From NCBI GenBank assembly GCA_028534125.1, contig CM052817.1:42906001-42970000 (forward strand): 64,000 nt of DNA, in the 5' to 3' direction. Positions 54,360 through 64,000 of this stretch are shown here, piece after piece (position 1 is the stretch's first letter; every line of letters starts with the position of its first letter). The translations under genes and the position numbers were made by a program. This stretch comes from Lama glama (lineage: Eukaryota). The notes under the pieces are model-generated. The model ran no database searches and had not been told where the DNA came from. It was given only the letters and a program-made list of their open reading frames with translations.

Positions 54360-54582
54360 AGTAATAGTCAACACTTCTGACTCACTATGTGACAGTCATG
54401 CATATATTAACTCACTTAATCATCAGAATACCCTATAAATGAAGTTGTATTATTATCCAGATTTTACTGATGAGTAAACTGAGTCACAGAGAGGTTAAAT
54501 AACTTGCCCTACAACATACAGCTGATAGTGGCAGAGCTGAAATTCAAAACCAGGTGGTCTGGCTTCAAAGTCCATACTCTGA
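54360..54582 (-). mobile_element. MIR
   Basis: attaactcacttaatc...attttactgatgagtaaactgagtcacagagaggttaaataacttgccc...gtggcagagctgaaattcaaaaccagg. Confidence 0.9.
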
Positions 54583-54612
54583 AACTAAAATTTACAAATA
54601 AACATAACCCTC

Positions 54613-54726
54613 AGAGAGAGGGAAAGAGAAAGAAAGAAGGAAGTAGGGATGAGGAAGGAAAGAAGAGAAAGAGAGAGAGAAGGGAAGGAAGGAAGGAAGG
54701 GGAAAAGAGGGAGAGGAATAAGAAAG
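54613..54726. repeat. Polypurine (GA/GGAA-rich) low-complexity tract
   Basis: About 110 nt almost entirely A/G. Confidence 0.9.
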
Positions 54727-55774
54727 CTTTAAAACACTCATTAAAAAAAAAACAGGAGGGGAGGGTTAAGTCTGCTTTTATAATGCAATGGGAAAATCTG
54801 AAAAAATTATCTGGAGGAATTAAAGGAAGTCTATTTGATAACTGGAACAGGTTTTATTGGAAGGAAAGCGCAAAGGGGGCGGTTGATGCCAATTGAACCC
54901 CGCAATGACCTTGGTGGAGGAGAAAAGACTGTAGATTCAGTCTGCCTGTGCCAGCTCCTAGGGCCTCCCTTCCAGGAATGCATCCATCTGCCCCAGCATC
55001 CCGAACATTTCAAATACTGCTCCTCCCCGCTTGGACTTAAGATGTCAAGGGATAAGACATCCGGAAACCTAAAATACAAGCGTAGTGATGCATGGTCACT
55101 TGGCAACAGTGGGGTGGGCTTAGCTTCATGCCAGCGAATGGAGCCTGCTTTCTTGCCAGCAGCCCAGACATTGAGCAAACAGATGATACAACAGAAGCAG
55201 GGGCACAGAAGCAGAAGGGATCTGCCCAGCAGAGGAGAAACCTTCCACACATTCATGGGAAAAACACAGAAGATAAGAAGAATAGATTATCACTGATGGT
55301 AGCAGCAGGATGTTTGTGATGAGAGAAAGTACTTGTAACTCAGTGATAATGTGGACATACTAACTGGGAACAGAAATATCCTGTAATGATATGTCACTTG
55401 GTGAATGCTTGGAGGAGTAGCCCACAAAAATGAGCAGAAATGCCAGTCTGTTTTTTGGACTTAGGTGGAGCTGGAAGTGAAGACCGTCAAACATCTTAGC
55501 ACAGATGCCTGAGAGTTTTGTGGTTTGAAGGAGATGAGGGTTTGTTCTATTTTTTTTCTTTCCTTAATTTTTTTCTTTGATACATTAGCCCCCTTTGGGT
55601 AGCCTCCTCCAGTATTCAGAGACTAGAAACAAAGGCTTGATAGGCCATGTGACTCCATTTAGAACCTTTTACATATATCTTAGCGCAGGCATTTGCAAAT
55701 AAAACTCAAATGAAGACCTTGAACTTCTAGATAGTGATTTTCTGAGGTAAACGAATCAGAATGTTGAGGAGAGT

Positions 55775-55965
55775 ATTAACAATTAATACAGTTACCATTT
55801 AGTGAATGTTTATTATGTGCCTTTCAAGCATGGGATAGGCACTGTGTGTAATTAATCCTCACAACAATCTTGAGCCAAGTGCTACTGCCCCTATTTTACA
55901 GAAGACCAGTGAAAGGCAGAGCCAGGATTCCACCTCAGGTTTGTGTTTCTCCAAAGTTCTTACTC
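55775..55965 (-). mobile_element. MIR
   Basis: ccatttagtgaatgtttattatgtgcc...ttaatcctcacaacaatc...ccctattttacaga. Confidence 0.75.
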
Positions 55966-56929
55966 ATAATAGACGCTCCCTTAAGAAATGTCATCAGGAA
56001 TACTGACCAGCAGTCCAACCACCAGTCCTGAAGTTTACCTTCAGCACACCCTCGGCTGGACAGGTCCACTTGACTGCTTGAACCTTCAACTCTTGGAACA
56101 AGCAGGAGTAATGACAACGATGTAACAGGAGTGGTGCAAAGAGCATGAGACAAAATTTGAAGAGTTGGATTTTGGACCTGATTCTGCTTCTAATTTTCAG
56201 TTTCCGTGGGCATGTTCTTAAACCCTCTGAATCCCTAGAAAATAATGGTAAAGGGACCTGCTCTAGCAGCTTCATCATTGAATGATTAAATGAAAATGTG
56301 AAACCAGGACACATTTTTTTTAACCTTTATATATGCCATAATCTTAGACTGTAACTGGATTACACAGCCTCAACCACTGAAATGGAGGAAGTCAGTGTTT
56401 TCCCTTAATCACTCCTCGCCCTCAAACAGCAGCCACAGATATTAGATGCTGCCATGAGAAACACTCTCCAAACACTGGAAACTGTGCAGGATGAGCCTGA
56501 GTAAAATGACCATAAATTGGGTGTAAGTCCAGCCCCAGGGCAAGAGAAAAGGAATCAGTGATTCAGTAATTCTTGAAGTGCTCTGTGCCACTAACAAAGG
56601 ACAGAAAGAGATGAATACTTCTCTATTTTCTTAATATCTATTGTTGAGATTGGCATGTGATGAATGCAGGAAAACCAAATCCTGTTGCCTTCTGACTGCA
56701 TCATTATGCAGAATGTTAATATTGCATAAATCTATGAGGTATTCAAAAATACCTAGACCGATCAAAATTCTATTTTTGCCTCCAGCTGCAAAATTATTCT
56801 GTCATTTGTCCTAGAAAGCTGCAAAGTCAGGACTCTTACAAGATCTTGCGGCTCCATATCCTTAGAAGTCGCATTTAAAAGTAGTTCCAAAACCCCCAGA
56901 TTTCTATCAGTGCAATTAGAATTTTTTTA

Positions 56930-57110
56930 AGGATTTAACTTTTTGAATTAGGAACTCTTGAAAATCTGATAAAAGCTATGGATCCTTTCCCTAGATAAAG
57001 ATGAACACACACACACAAACACACACACACACACACACACCCCTGACTGTATAGGAAGGAACCCATCCACAGGCCCTCAGAGTTTACGGACCCTCAAGGT
57101 GAGAACTCCC
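56930..57110. mobile_element. hAT-Charlie-type MITE with expanded internal (CA)n
   Basis: ttgaaaatctgataaaagctatggatcctttccctag, (ac)n at ~57005-57040, ggaccctcaaggtgagaactccc. Confidence 0.6.
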
Positions 57111-57282
57111 AGAGCTCATGCTTGGCTGTGCAGGTTAATACACTGCACACACTGCACTTCCATGCTTGGCCGAGAGGAGACACGTGGACGAATTCCAACC
57201 CCCAGACCGCTCACTAAGCCATGCTACATCTGCCCAGAGTGGCTGCTGTGTTCTAATTTGTGCAAAGGTGCCATATAGTCAC
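57110..57282. mobile_element. MER91A-like hAT element
   Basis: tgtgcaggttaatacactgcaca...ccgctcactaagccatg...ttctaatttgtgcaaaggtgccatat. Confidence 0.65.
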
Positions 57283-57474
57283 AGCACTGTCCTGGGACCA
57301 GCTCACACCTTTGTGCATGTCTCCTCCCAACCCCATGTTCAGTGACAGTCACATTCGTGGCTTGAAATCAGCCATGGTGTGGGTATTTACACCAAAGAAA
57401 TTAGCACACCCTACAATGAAGGGCTGTTCCCAAGAAGAGTGGCCAGCTCTTGAAGATTTACTGGCATATCACTG
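57283..57474. mobile_element. MER63-like hAT element
   Basis: ccatgttcagtgac...gcttgaaatcagccatggtgtgggtatttacaccaaagaaattagca...atttactggcatatcactg. Confidence 0.75.
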
Positions 57475-58039
57475 CATATGGACTAAGAGAGACCCTCAGA
57501 ACCTCTATCCTGTATTATGATCGATTTGAAGTGAAAAGCAGAAAACACAATTTAAAATCTAAATCCCAATTTCCTTTCAGCCTGTACTAATTGCTTTTAG
57601 GGCAAGGGTACCTGGGCCCTGACTTGTTTTGAGCCCAGACTTAACAGCTAATGGATGCTGGAGAAGGTATTCACAGAGGGCTGCTGGAAAAATCGGTTCC
57701 CATTTGATCCCAGATGGGTCCAATGACAGCATCCTGAGCTATAAGCCTATGTTGTAAACTTTGGCAGCATTCAGAGCCTTAAAACCATTAAGAAAACAAA
57801 ACTAATGATGGTTGCATACAATTTTAGAGATAGGGATTAAAAGGAAGAACCAATAGGGAAAGTAAATCTGAAGTCCCACACTCCTTGCGATGCCAAGGAA
57901 GGAAAGCCCTGTCTGTGGCAGGCATAAATTGCTGTGCACTGATGTCAGGTTTCTTCTGTAGGCTTTTTGAAGAACTGCTCTTTACAACTGAACTCTGTCT
58001 TAGGTTGGTTCTCTTAGGAAGGTAAAAAAAAAAAAAAAA

Positions 58040-58330
58040 AGTCAGGTCAAACGATTGATTCCAGTTTTGAATTACAGAGGGCTATTGATTTTTCATTAAG
58101 GTTCGTGTGTTGCTCTCAAGAGGAGGGAGAGAGGGGAAAGTAATTCATTGATCAGAGCGGAGGGCCATGTTCATTTATTGGCTTCCTGCCACGTCTCATT
58201 ATTCCCGATTCTAAATGTATATTGAAGTCAGTTTATTTTCATCATTGCCTCCTGTCACCAGAAATGTCTCTCAGTAACTATTAGTTTAATCATCCTTTTC
58301 TTACAATGGTAATGAGTGATAATATCCAAC
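58040..58330. promoter_or_regulatory. Candidate conserved enhancer-like sequence
   Basis: Repeat-free; gattgat, tattgattt (ONECUT-like), tttattgg (posterior HOX-like), ctgtca, several TAAT cores. Confidence 0.35.
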
Positions 58331-58734
58331 ATGATCCTGGATTCTTGGATGTTATTGATTGGGTTACAGCATTGTTCCTCCCAAGGCTCTAGTTAAGAGT
58401 CTGTCAACAATTTAAACGTCTAAAAAAAGGACATGAATAGTTTGCAGATTTTTTTAAAAAAATTTATTTGAATTTTTTTTAAAAAATTGCAGTATTTTTA
58501 CCATTGTTATTAAAAAAGTCTTTCCTGCTTTCCTGGAGGATCCATGGTTTTTGATCTATCTAACTTTAGAGAGTGCAGGAAACCACCTAAACCAGGTGTC
58601 ATATATCTACCCAAGCCACTGGAACCCCCCTCTATAGAACATCAAGCACATGCAGAATAAATCAGGCATTCCACCTAGCACCCTAAATTTATTTGTAGGA
58701 ACAATCTTTGTCTGGAGGGTCTTGAGCCACACTT

Positions 58735-59300
58735 GAATCTCTATTTTACATATTAGCAGACTTAGGTCCTGAGAGATTGAACCACTCAGGATCATCTGAC
58801 AAAGTGGCACAGTGGGGACTAGAACCCATGTTCCCTGGTTTCTGTATCACTACTTGTTCCACAATACTATGCTGCCTTTTTGATAATCTATCCTTCTCAA
58901 TTCATGTGATATTTATAATGCATAAAAAATCAGAAGCTGACTTTAATATCAAATCCTAGAAACATTGATATTGATTTTTTTTTCTCGTTGTGAGATAAGA
59001 CCATATTTTCCCCTTAAGTGCTGCCCCACTCCTAGGTAATCAGCTGCCTACATTATAATGTGAGTGCCTACTTGCCCCCAAAAGTTCCCAATCTCAGTCC
59101 CTCCAGATCATCTGCCAAGCGGCTCATGTACATTAACGCTTCTGAATAAATTTTCCCAACACCCTGTGAGAGGTGGGAGGAATTTTCCCATTTTATAGAT
59201 GATTTGGCCAAGGCTACAGGGGAAATAATTTACAGAGCCAGGACTCAGAGTCAAGCCGTCTCACTGACAAGGTCTCTTTCCACTACACCACAGCTCCCTC
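58735..59300 (-). mobile_element. Two MIR fragments (about 58735-58875 and 59120-59300)
   Basis: ctattttacatattagcagacttaggtcctgagagattga...ggactagaaccca; caacaccctgtgagaggt...cccattttatagatga...agagccaggactcag. Confidence 0.7.
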
Positions 59301-59342
59301 TGGTGCCAAAATTGACAGTGGGAACTACTAAAAACAACCATG

Positions 59343-59415
59343 CTGTACACGAGAAACTGACACAACATTGTAAGCTGACCATACTCCAATAAAAATAAAA
59401 AAATAAAAAAAAAGG
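59343..59415 (+). mobile_element. Extremely 5'-truncated young L1 tail
   Basis: ctgtacacgagaaactgacacaacattgtaagctgaccatactccaat plus A-tail; 13-bp TSD aaaaacaaccatg (59330-59342) / aaaaacaactatg (59416-59428). Confidence 0.9.
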
Positions 59416-59489
59416 AAAAACAACTATGGGAAAACTATTTAAAAGATGCATACCAGTAAAGCAAGCTGGAAGATTACTGGAAGATATCA

Positions 59490-60740
59490 CAGGAAAAAAA
59501 TCCCATTCAGATTTGTAACCAAGAATACAAATTGCTTACAAATAACTACGACAAAAATGTATGAGACTTATATGACTAAAACTAGACAACTTTACTAAAA
59601 ATGTGAAATAAGATCTAACTAAATGAAGAGACACAAAATACTTTAAATCTGTGAGTTAATTCCAGCAGGATATTTTGAAATAAAAAACATAATAAAACTG
59701 TTCTAAAATTCCTCTGGATGAGCAGACTACACAAACACAAAAGGCATTTTGAAAAATAAAAACAATGAAGGGGCACTCACGTCATAAAATATCAAAATGT
59801 CATTTAAAACTTCAGTATTTAAAACAAATCAAGAATCTGTATAAAAAATCAGTGGACATAGCATGGAACTAATTAATTGGCCATGAAACAGACTGTGACA
59901 TACATAGTAAAGGAAACAATAAATAATCAGAGAAAAAAATTATTATATATTTGAAAAAATTAAATTGGATATTCATTGTACAAAGCACAACAAAATGTAT
60001 TTCAGATGAATTTAAAAGTGAAATGACTTTTCAAATGTTCTAAACAGGAAGAAAATAGAGATAAATATTTAACTTATGGAAGTATTTTATCAGTATAAAG
60101 CCAGTGAAAAAAACATGATGGAAAAATAGATTTTACCACATTAAAATGTAAAATGTCTATTCAAACATCACAAACTACAAAAATTAGAGATGCAAGTCAC
60201 ATACATGTAAAAAACATGTTCTACCTCATTAGCATTTAAAATCACCAACTGAAATAAAATCATAACATTTCTATCTATTGAACTGGCAAAATTGTTTCAG
60301 ATAATAATAATCAATGCTCTAACGAGACAGATACTATCACATTACTGATAGGAAAATAAATTGGTAATCTTTCTGAAAAGAAACAGACTGTTATGTTTCT
60401 AGAGCCTTTAAAATATTTTGAGAACTTGTGTTCAGGAATTGTATTTCTAGAAATCTAGCCCAAGGAAATGGCCAGATATGTTTCTAAATAAGAATCTGTA
60501 TAGAAATGTTGTTGAAAAAAAACCAAAATATGAGAAATAATCTAAACAAAAATCAAAGAAAAAATTAGTTGGGTAGAACCATATAATAGAGTAGCACACA
60601 GACACAAAAAATCATGTCTTGAAAGATATTCAATAATATGAATAAATTCTCATCCACAAAAACAGAAAAATCATTGTGGTTCCAAATGTGTAAAATTGAA
60701 AAAGCAATGGGAATGAGGAAAAAGAACAAATAGGAGAACA
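59490..60740 (+). mobile_element. Old L1 (L1ME-like) ORF2 3' region
   Basis: aaaaatgtatgagacttatatg; ttctaaaattcctctgg; ggaattgtatttctagaaatctagcccaaggaaat; heavily eroded. Confidence 0.7.
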
Positions 60741-61167
60741 GTTTAAGAGTTAAAGGATTAGACTCAATCACTAAAAGGGTGTGGGAATAGGGACGAGTCA
60801 GGAATAATTCCCAGGACACTGGCTCAGGTGCTGGGTGAGCAGGAGACCATCACCAAACTGAGAAATACACATGATAAGGTTAAACGTTGACCTGGCTCTC
60901 TAGACACAAACGTAAGCTTCCGTTTTTATACCCAATTCTTTTAATCCCATTGGGTTTTTGCCCCCACTACCACAACAGGGGTATTTTAGATACAGAGGTA
61001 ATCTTGACAGAAACATTCAACAAACTACTAACCCTCTACAATACACACAGCGCTCAACTAGATGGCAAGAGAGGTACAAGGCTGTAAGGAACGGCATTTA
61101 TATTCCAATGGCTTTTCCACTAAGCATCTTGAGAGTATGAGGAATAGCTTAAAAGAGAGAAACTGAG

Positions 61168-61535
61168 TGTAATATGTCAGACAGAGAAAGACAAATAATA
61201 TTAGCACTTATACGTGGAATCTAAAAAAATAAAACAAACTAGTGAAATTAACAACAACAACAACAAAACCAAACGCACAGATGTAGAGAACAAACTAGTG
61301 GTGACCAGTGGGGAGAGGGGTGAGGCAAGATGTAAGTAGAGGATTAAGAGGTACAAACTACTATGTATAAAACAAATAAGTTACAAGGATATATTGTACA
61401 ACACAGGGAAAACAGCCAATATTTCATAATAACTTTAAATGGAGTCTAATCGATAAAAATTTTGAATCACTATGTTGTACATCTGAAACTAATATTATAT
61501 TGTCAGTTACCTACACCTCAGGTTTTTAAAAAAAG
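61168..61535 (+). mobile_element. L1 3' UTR (artiodactyl type)
   Basis: tgtcagacagagaaagacaaata...cacttatacgtggaatctaaaaaa...gagaacaaactagtggtgaccagtgggg...aaggatatattgtacaacacaggga. Confidence 0.92.
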
Positions 61536-62264
61536 GCAATGTAGTAGTTTATAAAATGCTTTTCATAACTATAAAAATAGGGCACAAATTGTGCACATTG
61601 TCATTTTAACTCCATTAAGTAGATTTGCATAAGAAAATGCTAAAAAAATTTAAAAGACAATTGTATTTACTAACTGTATTAGGGTTGTTGGCTTATAAAT
61701 GATTTCTTCCTCTGCCTTCCAAATATTCTGCAATACTGTTTTATGTTAAATTTTTGTAATAAAGATAATTTTAACAACAGTTAAAAAATAGATTGATACT
61801 TTTTTCATAATCTTCATAAATTACTTAATTAAGCAAAATAGGTACTTATATTAATAAGAATTTAAAGTAAGATTCACTGGGGCAGCACTCGGATCAGATA
61901 ATCAGTGTTCATGTAATTAAAACTGGCTGTAGAGTGTGTGTGTTTGAATGCAACATCCATGCTTAAAAAATTCCTCCAAGTTCTCAAAATTAAAAAAAAA
62001 TTCCAATTTAACCCACTGCATAAATTGTATACTTATGACTCAGTGATAATACTAACCCTCCGTCCCTCAAAACACGTACCTGTAGCTTGGATAGTGGTTT
62101 CGTTCTGCACACTATATGATAGTTGGTTCGATTAAAATTTTAAAATATTGTATGAAAAATTAGGACGTAGATATTCCTGCAGCATTCCCTTTTTAGAAGT
62201 TTCCACTAAAAAAAGGAAGAATAATAGCTTGAATTCTGAGGCAACAAAATTTAGTGAGGTGAAC

Positions 62265-62620
62265 CAGAGAATGGAAACCACAGACTTAACATTTCAATCC
62301 CTAATCTGTGCTCAAGGCAAGTCATTTAAGTTCTCTGAGTCTCACTCAGTTCCATATGTATAATCTGCAAAGGAAGATTTGTCAGATATATAATATTAGT
62401 TTCAGATGTACAACATAGTGATTCAAAATTTTTATCGATTAGACTCCATTTAAAGTTATTATGAAATATTGGCTATTTTCCCTGTGTTGTACAATATATC
62501 CTTGTAACTTATTTGTTTTATACATAGTAGTTTGTACCTCTTAACCCTCTACTTACATTTGTCAGAGTTGTTGTAAAGACTAGAGATACTGTAAAACATC
62601 ATGTAAAGTAAGAGTTTACT
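62265..62620 (+). mobile_element. MIR interrupted by a minus-strand L1 fragment
   Basis: ggcaagtcatttaagttctctgagtctca ... cagagttgttgtaaagactagaga. Confidence 0.65.
62387..62556 (-). mobile_element. L1 3' UTR fragment lacking its A-tail
   Basis: Reverse complement of the 61340-61500 type sequence (attagtttcagatgtacaacatagtgattc...ttccctgtgttgtacaatatatcc); flanked by 10-bp direct repeat atttgtcaga (62377-62386, 62557-62566). Confidence 0.85.
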
Positions 62621-62639
62621 ATTCCATGAATTTTCTGTA

Positions 62640-62820
62640 TCTTATCTTATGTAATCCTCAAAACAATCCTTTTATTCTTTTCTCCATTAAAAAATTTAGG
62701 AAACTGAGGCACAAAAGCGTTAAACAACTTGGCCAAGGTCACACACCTAGCAGATCTTAGATTCAAACCTGGGCAGTCTGACTCCAGAGGGTCAGTGCTA
62801 AATCACTACACCAGCCTGCT
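62640..62820 (-). mobile_element. MIR
   Basis: taatcctcaaaacaatcct...ggaaactgaggcaca...acttggccaaggtcacaca...gattcaaacctgggcagtctgactccagag. Confidence 0.9.
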
Positions 62821-63969
62821 TCAAAAGGGCACCGTGTACGTGGAAGCTGTTAAAAATAATAGTAATTGTTTTTGTTACAACTGGCATCATCAATGCTGCT
62901 TGTCAAAGAGCTTCCTACTCATTCAACATTCTCACAAGCAATGTTGTTTTACATTGATTTGCAACTCAGACAGAAATAGAATATGATAAATACGTGTCAA
63001 TTGGTTAAAAATAACTCGTTAAATAGTTAAAAGTCTTACAAATATAAATCTAGAAGTGATTGCACCTTATAGTTCAAGGTAAAAAAGAATGGCAGATGTA
63101 AATTGTGTCAGTGCACCATCAACATAAACCATCAGGGCACTATATATTACTGAGCAACCTCCACTCTGCACATATATCTTAATACAAGCAATACTTTTGA
63201 CACCAATCACTTCCCGAGATAAAATACAGTGTGTAGGGGAGTAATTTCAACACCACATAAAATGGCACCCTCCCACAAAAGAAACATTCACTTTCATACA
63301 AAAAAAATATGCTCACAGTGTTGAGTAATATAGCCACCAAACACAAAATAAATGCAGGTCTCTACTCTCCCCTAAATTGCTATATTTAGTCTCATTTTCC
63401 AACCTGAATGTTAATTTCTTTCCCACAACCGAAAGTGAATCTTAAGAATCACTCAGTTCTCAAAACTTAAGATAACTGTGTATTTTCTCTATGCTCTTTT
63501 TCTCCTTGAGATTTATTGAAATTTCTTGGCCAAAATAAACCATGATTCTAAACAATAGCTGCTTCCTGGCAACAAATAGATCATTCCAGTATGTAGCCTC
63601 TCTCTCTCTGCCCTCTATTCTCCTAACAAGCTATAGATGGGTAATAGGTGCCTACTATTTGTTGTCCAGTCTAAAAAAAGCTTTTCATAAGCAGTGCATT
63701 AAACACACTCTGTGACTAACATCAAGACTGATGAATTTTCACCTAGAATAACCCTCAGCATGCGGCACATGTCAGACTTCTAAGAACTCCACACACCATA
63801 AAGGCATACATTATTGCCATTCAACCACCACCAAGAGAAGACACGTGGTTAGGAAATGGTTTTCAAAAACAGAAGATGCTTTTTGCATATTTTTAAATCT
63901 TAATTTGGTCCCATTAAGGTTAAAAAATTCTATGAGAAATTAGGATTTTTAGATATTCCTATAGTGTTC

Positions 63970-64000
63970 CCTTTCTTTCTCTATTGAAGTATAGCTGACT
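63970..64000 (-). mobile_element. Start of a minus-strand L1 3' tail (runs off the window)
   Basis: ctttctttctctattgaagtatagctgact is the reverse complement of the ...ctatacttcaat-A-tail terminus seen at 360 and 1780. Confidence 0.65.

Noticed and set aside
54504..54896. 130-aa K/E/R-rich ORF
   Set aside because: Read-through of a MIR and a polypurine tract.
54831..55319. Overlapping 141-153 aa ORFs on both strands
   Set aside because: No recognisable domain or convincing exon structure, and non-ATG starts. Locally higher GC explains the lack of stops.
1..64000. Novel multi-gene or prokaryote-type system
   Set aside because: No long ORFs, operon structure or recognisable protein domains other than decayed retroelement remnants.

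Overview
Eukaryotic (mammalian) non-coding DNA, most likely camelid (camel/llama/alpaca), judged from a tRNA-derived SINE with a GGGTATAGCTCAGTGGTAG-type head and artiodactyl-type L1 tails. It is AT-rich and dense in interspersed repeats: many L1 fragments (several nested), MIR, L2, L3/CR1, ERV/MaLR LTRs and hAT MITEs. Repeat-poor stretches in between look like conserved enhancers. I recognise no protein-coding exon or RNA gene, and the ORF track appears to be noise or L1 debris. A strong + strand bias of L1 suggests an intron of a large minus-strand gene. The most unusual items are: (1) an ~890-bp poly(A)-tailed, TSD-flanked retrocopy of non-coding RNA that carries ancient MIRs into a much younger MER41-like LTR (34500-35388); (2) an isolated ~2.3-monomer island of a ~266-bp CpG-rich satellite inside a (TGGA)n tract (23856-24463); (3) a nested L1 with an intact 5' end but 3' truncation, still flanked by a TSD (30930-33438); (4) a twin exon-like cassette in conserved-looking DNA (39467-39705). 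I found no evidence for a new multi-gene system. All repeat family names come from recall of consensus sequences, not from database searches, and boundaries are approximate unless a TSD is quoted.
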